Shown here: positions 23,601-35,700 of the stretch, in pieces
How positions within the stretch are numbered: the stretch's first letter is position 1
How the letters are laid out: every line of letters starts with the position of its first letter
NCBI RefSeq assembly: GCF_016432865.1
Contig: NC_067399.1
Span: forward strand, 581,498,001-581,562,000
From: Antechinus flavipes
Taxonomy: Eukaryota
DNA: 64,000 bases
Direction: 5' to 3'
Position numbers and translations under genes: made by a program
The notes under the pieces: generated by a model
The model's database searches: none
Seen by the model: the letters and a program-made list of their open reading frames with translations, nothing else
Told to the model about the DNA's origin: nothing

Positions 23601-26600
23601 CTTGTCCTTACTCTGTTTAATGCTGCTCGAGATGGAAGATGGGCTGCATGGTGCCATCAAGCTTCTCTAAATCCTCCTGTTGTCTTTTAATGCCCAGACT
23701 CCATGCTGACTCAAACGCTGGCTGAAATTACCCCGGGGCTGCTCATGGATCTGGTGGTGCAAGACATGTCAAGTGATGGCTCTCTGATGTTCAGCAGTGG
23801 CTCGGTGCCTGGCCTGGTGTTGAGGGCCAGCAAATATCACCAGGGAGGTGAGACAAAAAGCCTCTTCCATCCAGTGAGATTTTTCTTTCCTTCTTGGTCT
23901 CTGTTTAAAATGATCCACTTCTCTTTATAAGGCCTTCATTATCGTGACTAACTTGACCTTAGTTTGAGTGTACTTCATTATATCCAATTATTGCATAATG
24001 TGGTTATTCAGTAGGAACCTGCTGCATGCATAGTCTATGCTCAGAAGTCATTGCATGCAAATCACATTCTTTAAGAGAGATTTATTTTAAACATGCTAGG
24101 GCAGCGTGCTATTTATTTAAAATAATCCTTTGGTGAACCCATTTGCAAGATGAAATCACTTCTTGATTTTTAATAGCTGGGAAAGTGTGGGATTTACATG
24201 TTTGGTTTGCATAAATAGGGTCTTGCCATCAAGGCAGTCTTGGTCTTTGTACAAATTAGAGATTGGCCCCTAGTGCTGCAGTATCAAGTCCCTGGGGACC
24301 AATCCTCTCTTGGAACATTTGCCTTTTCCTGAATTAGAGGGTTTGCCAGTTTTGGTGGATTGAGTATTTGCTCCTCTGACCTAGGAAAGGGATGAATTCT
24401 GTGCTTCTCCTGGGTTCTACAGGGAAAGTGATGGATCCTGGGCAAAGAACAAAAGCTGTTGTCCTTCATGTTGATACACTGAAGTCTGAGGTTCATGTTT
24501 CCCTTCGCCAGGAACTGGTGAACAGAAAATCCAAGCAGGTAGGCTGGCTCATGGTTTCTGTTCTCAGAGATTGCTTCTTCTGGTTTAGGAGATCATCTTG
24601 TATCTTCTGGATTCTGGATAGCCTAGCAGTATGATCATAAAATGTCAATGGCATTTTCCTTGTGATAAGTAGATCATCCTCCTCCAACACAATTTTTTAA
24701 AAAGTCATTGTTGCCTCCTTATGACAGTCATTTCTGAGTGCAATTACCCTGACGTTGGACCCCCAAAACACATACATTTTGAGCTTTCCTTTATAAGAAA
24801 GAAAGCCAACTGAAGCAGTGATTGCATTCCACAATGTATGCAGCCTTCTTCACCTGTAGTGTCCCACCTCATTGTTGATAAGAAAGGTGCATTTCATCAT
24901 CTGTTTCTTGGGTTTGAGATTAGTTGATACTCAGAGTTCTGCTTTTAATGATGTGTCTATATATAAGTCCATATAAGTCTATACTCATGTTGTGGTATTA
25001 TCACCCAACATTTACCAAATATGTAACACTGAGCCAGGTGTTTTACAGAGAATTCACCTTCACCCAGTGGAGCTCTAAAACAGGCACTGGCTCAGATCTG
25101 GAGACACACACACACACAGAGTAGTTTGGTGTTCAGTAAGCATTTATTAAGTGCCTACTCTTACCTGCCTGGCAGAAGGTTTGCATCAGAGCCTTGCACA
25201 TGGGAGGTGTTTGGTAAATATTAAATGATGGAGGGAAGCAAGCTCAGAAACTCATCAAACAAGAAAAAGAAGGGTGAGAGATCAGGTCCCTTATTTTGAG
25301 GAGGAAGTTGGAATTCAGAGAAGGAAGGAAGGGCCTCATCCAAGATTATGGAGCATGAGGTCAGAACTTAGGCTTTCTTATTCTTGCTCCAGGACTCTTA
25401 GCACTATAAACTGGGCTGCCTTCTGTTGTCATTTATGAAAAGAATGGTTATAAAATAGGGGTCTTACGACATTTCCAAGGGACTAGAACAGACAGCCCAT
25501 TTCACCTTCAGGCACCTGTCATTGTTAGAAAACTTATTGATTTGAAATCTGCTTTTGTAACATCTGTCTAGTAGCCTCATTCGGTCACCTGAAGCCTTAA
25601 GAGATACATCATAGCCCTTTGGTAATGGAATATAGGGTATATATGTATTATATGGTATATAGTATTGTATAATACATATTTTTGAAGTACCTGTTGTGGA
25701 CAGAGCATTGTGCTAAACTGCAGGGGAGATGTAAAGTTAAGTTTGATAAAGTTCCTTTGTAGTCTCGTTGGAAGTGGGGATTATGATACCTACTCAAATA
25801 ACTATAATGCACAAAAGTACACAATAAATATTAAGTAGTTGCGAAGAAATGAGGACTATGACACCTACTCAGATAGCTATAATGTACATGATAAATATTA
25901 AATAGTTACAAAAGTAAGATCCAGTTGTGAAAGGAAAAGGCATCTCTGATCAGAGGAGTTTGGGAAGGCTTCTTAGAAGTGACATTTAAGTGGGACTTTA
26001 AAGGTGGAAATTCAGTAAGCAGAGAGATGCAGGGTAGGGTATTTCAAACATAAGGAGCAAGCAGATGAGAAAAAGCACAGAAACATGAATGCATACTTCA
26101 TGTTTACTATGGGGCAAAAATGAATGTTCAGTGAGAAAAATTGGGACAATTTTCTCTCTTGTTTTTTTTTCCCCAGCTGAAGAAAAACACTGAGCACCGA
26201 GCAGTTATAGAACATTTGGAAAAGACATTTGCCATAGGCTCCTTGATGGAGACTGGACAGCTTGTAGCTTTCCCAGTGACCTCTCACCTCAATGACACCT
26301 TCCGTTTTGACTCAGAGAAGCTTCAGGTTGGTCAGAGGGTCTCCTTGATCATCAAGAGCGCAAAACCCAGTGACATAGGCCTCTTCTTAGCCGTGGAGAG
26401 TTCGGTCAAAAAGAGGACGCCGGCTCTGCCCTTGGCAGATCCAGAGCCTGCAGGGGAAGAGCCAGGAGTGGTGAGCTCGCTTCTAGAGAAACCCACCCTG
26501 CCCATTGGGGAAATGGTCACTGGAACCGTGAAGTCTGTCAAGGCCACCCATGTGGTAGTGACCCTCGAGAACGGTCTGGTTGGCTGTATCCACGCCTCCC

Positions 26601-29600
26601 AGATTCTGGATGATGTGCCTCTTGGCACCCAGCCCACTGCCAAGCTTAAAGTTGGGAAGCCAGTCACTGCTCGAGTGATTGGCCAGAGAACTTTATTAAC
26701 TCACAAGTAAGGAGGCTCTGGGAAATGGTGTGAGGCTATGGGGGATGGTGTGGGGCAGGAGGGAAGTCAGACTGAGTTAAGGAGATGTTGACCAAGTTTT
26801 GGAGTTAGGAATGGAAAAGTGTATCCTCCATAGCAAGAAACCTTTGTCTCCTAGTTTCATATTTGGCTTAGCATTATTTTGAAGCACTAATGAATGACTC
26901 GGCATTCTCTACAACAGTAGAGGAGACTTTTCTGTGATTTTGTATTTTCCTCATGAATACTCACCAAGTATTTAGCCCATTTTTATAAAGACATTGTGGA
27001 AATGTAGTTAATGGTGTCTTTTGGGTGGTCCCTCTCTAGGTATTAGTACCATCCAAGATATTTTTCATACTTTTGAAATCTCACTCTGTGTGAGATATTT
27101 TGAAAATTAAAGCCCTGAGTACCCTTTAAAATTGTGCTATCTTTAGCACAGATTTAATCAGCTCTTCCTGATCTAGTCTGATCCTTGTCTATCATTTCTA
27201 CTTCTTTATAGAGCTTATCTTGGGTACTAATTCAGCTAATGTTGAGTCCAAAAATCACAATTCCTTTTGTCATCGGGGTGTGACAAGATCGCTGTAGAAA
27301 CGTTATAGTCTATCATTTCCATTCTAATTGTTGTCCAATTTCATCTGTAAATGCTTATGAAACTAACTTTCCATACCTCTTTTCTCTCATTTTGTTTGTT
27401 TGATATTTTGTAAAAGGGTATTACTATTACTTTCTGTTATTGTCCCAGTTAGTTCAAATAGCGAATCCCCTACAATAGCTGTAATTAATTTCTCATGCCA
27501 TATTTCCACTTGGCTGGAACCAGTTGCCATATTTTATGTAACCATAACTTTGCATAATATAAATTCAGATACATGTGATTACTTCAAGGGGATTTATTGT
27601 TTGCACTAATTGGGACTTAGTTGTATTGTGCAGTGAAAAAGCACTAAAGAACAAACACATTTCTAAATCTCATCTGATGGCCCATTTCTATCTACCGTCC
27701 AGAATTCTGGTAGATCCAAGGATTCTTTAAGAATTCATCATGGCTCAGTTTTTTTGAGAATAGTAAAGATCAGGCAGGGGAGATTGGAGAAAGAAGGAAT
27801 TAACCCAATGTCATGGTGAAAGAGGTAGGAATGAAAGTTAGAAGAGAGTACTAACTTTAAAGTTGTCATTAGTCACTCAATAAGCATTTTATTAAGCATT
27901 TACAATATCCCAGGCACTGTGCTAGTTGCTGTTGAGATAGCCCCTGCCTTCAAGAAGCTTATGCCTTAACCAAGGAAAACAACTTTACATGGACAAATTG
28001 TATACAAAATAGACAGAGGGTGATTTTGGGAGGTGGGGTTGGGTACTAGGTATTGGGGAGATCAAGGACAGTTTCACATGTAAAGCATCATTCAGGTGAA
28101 CCAAGAAGCAAACTAAGGGTTCTGATTTAGGAAGATGAGGAGGGAATATACTTACTTTGGGAAGAGGAGAGGTGCCTTGGCACAAGGAGAGAAGAGATTT
28201 AACTCTTTTCTTTCTCAGGACTCTCCCAATCAGCCATCCATCAAGTGCACAGACTGTCTCTGAGCTGAGTATTCGATCAAGGTAAGAAGGGTTGTGCTTA
28301 TATGTCAGGGTGGGACATTAATAAATTATGTTATTTATGAGTGAATTTTTGCAGATCCATAAAATTATATTTACTTTTGTTTTCAAACTTCGCACATTTT
28401 TGTGTCCCCTTTTTCTCATTCTAGTCCCTACTCCATGAACCACTAAAGGTTCTACTGGGTATGGTAATCTGCCATAGAGAATTAGATTTTTTTTTTACCA
28501 GCCTTGAGGATAGTTTGAGATGGGCAACACTGGCCTATTGGAAAGAGAACATAGTTTGATATTGGGAGTAGGATTCTAATTGGCAATTGTTTTTTAACTG
28601 GTTGTGTGAGTATAAGTTGACCCTAGCCTCTCTGCATTTGTTTCTTCCTCTGTCAGTTCAAAAATTTGTACAACTTAGAAGGAATTTTAGAAACCTTCAC
28701 CTGAGGCCATTATTTGTTTTTATTTATTTCAGTTTAATTGGCTTCTTTAAAATCCTGTACATGTTATTTTATATATTTAAAATGTTATTCTCAGAAGGAT
28801 CCATAAGATTCTTCTGTCTGTCAAGGGGGATCCATAACACAACAGGTTTAAGTCTTGTAATCCATTTCTTTATGCTTCTGGGTGAACAAAATGAAGTGAC
28901 TTAACCTGAAGTCTGTCCACATATCAATCAATGCCTTCTTCCAGATATTAGCTGCATCCCTGTCTTCCAACACAAGGCCTCTCTTCATTTTAATCATGCA
29001 AGTTTTCAATCATTCCTTTTTTGGAACGCTCTAAAGGTCCTTCACTCCTCTTATTGCCTGCCTCTGATGGTTTTCAGTTTATCATTCTCCTTCCTAAAAT
29101 GTGACTTAACTAAATACAGTACTATAGATATATGGTCTGATCAAGTTAGGGATGGTAGGACCCATTACGTCTAGAAACATAGTACTTCTCTCTTAATGTA
29201 AGAATTTGCGTTTGATTTTTTTTTTTTTTTTTTGGAGGGGGCAGTGATGAGGAGAGGCTTTCTGAGATTATAATCCTTCAGTTCCCTAGTTCCCCTATCT
29301 GTATCAAATGGCCTTTAGTCAAAGTAAACTTCCTCTGTTTTGAATGTGAAGCTGATTCAAGTTCAAGTTTGTGGAAGGTAGATAATAAACTGAGAGCAAA
29401 AAAACCACCCAGGAAGGTTGCAGAAAAGGACCAAAACTAGAGTGGCAGGAGAAGAATTCAGAGAACAGGTCCAGACTGTAATGGAGGTGGAATCAATAGG
29501 ACTGAATGGCATTTGATTGATCCTTATTTGATCTCTTTTTAGTAGATGAGGTCCAACATTCTATCTAGCTCATTAGAATCTTGGTTATTATCACCTAATA

Positions 29601-29671
29601 TTAAGTATCCCTCTTAATTTTTCTCCCACCCCTAATTTTTTAATTGTGAATTTAGCAGTCATCAGCCATTT

Positions 29672-29715
<44 letters not shown>

Positions 29716-32700
29716 TATGAATGTGTGTCTGTGCATATGAAAATAAGTTAATTAGCTTAAGCTTTGCTTTTCTTCTGATTATGTTGTATTTTTAATACTT
29801 TTTAGTATTTTTCCATTACAGATAATTCTGGGTCATAGGAAATGTTAAGTTTTTGAGAAAAGGTCTTTTCTATATTTTCTAGATATCATTCTTTTCCAAA
29901 AATAAATGAATATTGTATTTATAGTTTCCTAATACTGAACATTCTTTGCATACCTGAATTAAACCCAACTTGTTAATAAGGACAGTTTTTTTTTTTAATT
30001 TAAATTTTATTTTATTTTATAATAACTTTATATTGACAGAATCCATGCCAGGTTAATTTTTTACAACATTATCCCTTGCACTCGCTTATGTTTCGATTTT
30101 TCCCCTCCCTTCCTCCACCCCCTCCCCAAGATGGCAAGCAGTCCTATATATGTTAGATATGTTGCAGTATATCCTAGATACAATACATATTTGCAGAACC
30201 GAACAGTTCTCCTATTGCACAGGGAGAATTGGATTCAGAAGGTAAAAATAACTCGGGAAGAAAATCAAAAATGCAAATAGTTCACATTCGTTTCCCAGTG
30301 TTCCTTCTTTGGGTGTAGCTGTTTCTGTCATCATTTATCCATTGAAACTCAGTTAGGTCTCTTTGTCATAGAAATCAACTTCCATCAGAATACATCCTCA
30401 TACAATATCATTGTCGAAGTGTATAATGATCTCCTGGTTCTGCTCATCTCACTTAGCATCAGTCCATGTAGGTCTCTCCAAGCCTCTCTGTATTCATCCT
30501 GCTGGTCATTCCTTACAGAGCAATAATGTTCCATAACATTCATATACCACAATTTACCCAGCCATTCTCCAATTGATGGGCATCCATTCATTTTCCAGTT
30601 TCTAGCCACTACAAACAGGGCTGCTCCAAACATTTTGGCACATACAGGTCCAATAAGGACAGTCTTTTGAATATATTGCTGTCACCTCTTTGCTAATATT
30701 TTATTGGCTATTTTTGTATAAATATTAGAGATAGTGTGTTTTCTTTTTTCTGATTTATCTCTTTCCTGTTTAGATATCAGAGCCAAATTTTATGAAAAAG
30801 GAGATCATGTAGTCCATTCAAGTCATTTTATAGATGAGAAAACACTTTTTCTTTTCTCTGTGTCACATTCTTTCACTCTGTTCTTTTTGCAAAGTTTAGG
30901 ATTTTTCTCAACTCCAAATAATCTTTAAGTCTTCCTTTCATTTTCAAAGTGAATAGTTCATTCTCTGATGTCTTATTATATAATCTTAGTGCCATCAGAG
31001 TACAAATTTAAGACCATACTTTTCCAAGAGGAGAAAAATATCTGAAAAATTATTTAAAAAAATTTTTTTTGTTTTGTTTTTTCTTAAATGCTTAAAAAAA
31101 AATACAGGCTCTTATTTAGCCCATATAGAATTATTGACATGAGCTGGAACAAACCATTCTCATTCTAGCATCATGAAGGGGTTCCTTAGTGAATAGGATT
31201 GGGATGAGGGTACAGTATATGACCTGGTGGTATATTTAAGGGGTCATTCAAACTGACTTCTCCCATTAATAACCAAGACCATTTTCTTTGTTTCTCTGCC
31301 TGTGTGGAAACAGTGAGCTGGAGAAAGACATCAGCATTGATCCCAGCACTCCTTGCTCTAGCCCCACAGAGAAGCTCAGACAATACCTTCCTGGCCAGAC
31401 GGTGATTTGTTTTATGAGAAAGGTGAGACGAATATCCCCGTACTAGGATGTTCTCTTTGGAGAGAGAGAGGAGGGGATTGGAAGGTGATGAGGGGGGAGA
31501 GAAGATCAAACCAGAAACATATAAGACTTCTTGGGGGCATCTCATAAGTGTTGGCATCCAACTTTTCTTAGGAATAAAAAGGGAGAATAATGTGTTCTGT
31601 GCACCTTTTGAGTTTAAAGTCTGATTAGAGGCATAAGACTCAGACATGAAGAATTTAGTTTCAGATCATATATGTGAATGCTCAGCTATGTACAGTGTAC
31701 AGACTATATATCTGCTGGGGAATGTCAGAGGAGGCTATGGAGAATGGGCAGAAGCACTTGGGGAAAGCTTCATAAAGTAGATAAGATTTGAGCTAGATCT
31801 AGAAAGATGCAATAATTTGAACATTAGGACTGTAGGGCCGTGTCTAGAAAGTACAGTTTTTGGAAACAAAAGATATTCTACAAAAACAATAACACTTTTA
31901 CTGAATTGCTAAGGCAGGTTCAGGCAAGTCCTTGATGTGCTTCTGGAAATAGATACTTCTATACTTTAGGGTATTCCCACACTGTGAATTGCAGTCCGTC
32001 TGTGCCTGCTTACGCTATATCACTTGAAGCACAGTATTTAAAATGAAATCCCTAAAGGGAGACAGTAAATGGTAAAAGAGAAGGGATTTTTCCTTTCTTC
32101 CTGATAGATCCATGATATTCCCATTTGAAGGAATTGGATATAGTTCCAAGAGTTTATGTCGTTTACAACACAGCAAAAATGGAGAAGACTTTCATGACCT
32201 CTTCCCTTTTTCTGTTTTTCTCCTCCGTACCCACCCTTATCTTCCAGTTCAACGTGATCAAAAAATGGCTTGAGGTGGAGATAACTCCTGATATCCGGGG
32301 AAGAATCCCTCAGCTCTTGACTTCTCTCAGTTTCAAGGTCCGTCTGTTAGCTGTGGGCTGGAGTCTTGGGGACCCCTAATCTCCAGGAACATTTGTAATG
32401 CATATTATATACAGTACTAGAGGGCTCTTATGGTACTTGGAGAACAGGGAATAATAAGGGGTGTCTATTCCTGCTGGATTTCCAAATGTTCCATTTGGGG
32501 AAAGAACAAAAAAGTCTTTATCTCTCCTTTTTTTAGCTTCCATAACATTGCTTCTCTGCCATCTATCTGACCATCCTTCTTAGTCTAAAAGCATGAATTA
32601 CCCCCAAGCCCTCTCTTCTTTCTCCTTTTTCTCCCTTAATGCTTTTAGTAGCCACTCATGGATTCAAGTGACACAAATCTCAACATCTCTCCATTCAGCT

Positions 32701-35700
32701 TCATTGTTCCCTAAACCCTTTCACGGTTGGTCATTAGCACTTAGATGTAGGCCAGCACCTCCTATTCATCAGGTCCAGAGCTTGACTCTTACCTTCAGAA
32801 TGGCCCCTCTTATCACCTGGAGCCCCACACCATCCCTGCAGCCACAAGAATTTGAGTGCTGGAAAGTCATCTTTGTCTTCTTTCTCCTTCAGGCCCACAT
32901 TTAATTAACAGCCTGATTCTCTCACCTCTTCTTGGATCTGTCTCCTCTCCAAGCACAGTTACCACCCTGCTTGGTGGGTTGCTGTCCTTTGTTCTTGAAA
33001 AGGAGGAAATTGACCTCACTGTGTTAGAGTTGAGTCACAGTGTATCCGACTGGCTGATCAGACTAGTATGAGCTCTGAATGCTCAACCACAGGTTGGCCA
33101 CAAATAGTCCCTGTGAACATTTGGAGTGGATTCTCTAACTTTGTACATCTCACTAATTCAGGTTCTCATCACCTCTTAGCTAGATTATTGTAAGTGTCTT
33201 GATTGGTCTCCTTGCTCCCAAGCCTTTTTTTTTTTTGCAGTCTATCTGCCCTATAGCTTCCAAAATAATTTTCCTGAGACCAGAGGTCTTACCTTCTCAG
33301 TCACCAGTCAGAACCTTCTGTGGTTCCCCATTCCTGTGAGAGAAAATGCAGGGTTTTTTTTTTTTTTTTTTTTTTTTTTTTGGCTGGGGGAAGGAGGGGG
33401 GGTCACTTGAGACCCTACACAATCGAACTCAAATAATTTTTCCTGGTTTATTTTTCAACCACCTGCTTGCCATGGTCATTGCAAAGATCTGATTATGTTC
33501 AAGCATATAGGACTAGTAACTATTGCCTGAACATGACATTGTGTCCCAACATTTAGAATGTATTCTTCCTCCTCTTTACTATTCAGAGTCCTTTTCTCCT
33601 TTTGCTTGGTTCTTTCTTTTACTCTTCCTGCCTTCTCACCCCCTTTCTCTAATTCCTTCAGCAAATAATTTTTTTTTTTTGATCTTCACATTTTCCTATA
33701 ACCTTCCTTTCCTCCCTTCCTCTCATCCATTCCCCCCCATTGCTCCCTGTCTTGTGTCTTCTGTTATATTTGTTGTCTCTATATGTTCCTTTCTTCTCTC
33801 TGGTGAGCTTCATGAATGTAGAGATTATATCTCAAAATGAAAAAAAATAAAACACAATAAAGCACCAAGCGTACTGCCAAAGCAAAGCTTTGTTGAATTA
33901 AATCGGGGTTCTCTTTCATCTAGGTTCTGAAGCATCCAGAGAAGAAATTCAAGATTGGCCAAGCCCTGAGTGCTACTGTAGTTGGCCCGGAATCCTCAAA
34001 GGGATTCCTTACTTTGTCTCTCATAGGTATGGTGATGAAATAACCTTCCTGACCCATTTGGGCAGAATGGAGGATAGGACTTATTGCCCTTTTTGGGGGA
34101 GGAGTTTAATGTGGGCCCCACTCCTGCTTTTAGCCATTGGTTGCTTTTAATGGTTACTAGACTGTGATTCTGGAAACATGAGCCTGGTCTTGAGTCGGAG
34201 GAGAAGCCTAATCTTCAGCTGCCCCCTCCTGACTTGACCTCGCCTGGTCTGCTTTGCAGCCATTGCCCTTTCTCTCGTCTGAATCCAGTGCTCCCCTCCC
34301 AGGTCCTCATAGGTTGGAAGAAGGAGAAGTAGCCATGGGCCGCGTGGTGAAAGTGATCCCCAAGGAGGGGCTGCAAGTCCTCTTCCCCTTTGGGACAATT
34401 GGGAAAGTTAGCATCTTTCACCTGAGTGACTCTTACCTTGAGGCACCCCTGGAAGGCTTCCACCCCGAAAAAATTGTCCGGTGAGTCCGATTCGGCTTCA
34501 CTCTCTGCCTGTCATCTTCTTGTGCTCCCTTCTCTGGTATTTCCTGTGTCTTAGCCCTGTCTCGCCAGTGAGAATGCCCACCCCCGGGGCCATAGCATGC
34601 TGGGGATAGGTAGACCTCAGTCAGAGTCCAGTGCAGTGTCTTAGCCCAAGGCATCAGCATGGTCTAGAGCAGAGTTGGGTGGGGAGGCCAGTTTTAAGTT
34701 CTTTTGTTATGCCAGGTAAGCAAAATTCTGCCATCGCAAAGAATAGGAAATGACATAAATAACCAATGTTGACAGAGCACTTTAATGTTGCACAGTGCTT
34801 TAGCCACAACGCATTTATTGAGTGCTTACTGTGTACTTTCTCCTGTGTGTACAAAGAAAGGCAACACCCCCTTCCCCCACTCAAGGAGCTCACTTTCTAA
34901 TGGGGAAGACAAGGGGCCAAGCTCTATGTTTGTCCAAGATATGTACAGTGTAATTGGGAGGGAATTTGGGACGGTCCCCGCAGGGAAGGATGGGAAAATC
35001 CCTTTGCAAAAGGTGAGGTTTGAGCTGTTTTGGTGAAAGCTATCAAGAGAGGGCTCTTTAGGCTTGAGGGGCCCAGGTAGCAGATGCCCACTGGGTTCAA
35101 GGTACAGTGGGAAGGCTGGCTTGGCCAGATTAGGAGGAGACAGGACCAGCTTGTCAGGGGCCATCAAGCCGAACACAGGACTTTAGATCTGATTCTGCGG
35201 GTGTGACCCCCAGAATCACAGGGAGTCCCTGGGGGAGGAGGAGGGGCCTAGACCAGGGCAACCCAGATAGATGCTACATGCAAGGCTGTGTCGTGGTTGC
35301 CAGCCTTGTCTAGTGGATGAGTCCTGCAGAGAAGCCTGTGGGTCCTAACTGGGTGCCCACCAAACTGGGTCTCACTGTTTCCCCCCTCTCTCACAGGTGT
35401 TGTGTGCTCTCCACCAAAGACCCTGTGCTGACTCTGTCACTGAGACAGTCCAGGTAGACTATTGGATGGGGGCAGGGATGGGGGGACGGGATCAGGGGAT
35501 CACTCTCTTGATCAGTTTTCCAGGTTAGAGAAACCTGGCTTCCTTTCAGCTCCTTGTCTCCTTGTACTTCTTTTTTGGTCCTGCTACTTTTCGAGGTTTT
35601 TTTCCCTCAAAGACAAGGATAGTCTGAGCTGCTTGGATTCAGGGGGTCAAAAAACCAGGAGAGTACAAGATGAAGATAAAATTAGTCTGCAGTCTGTGGG

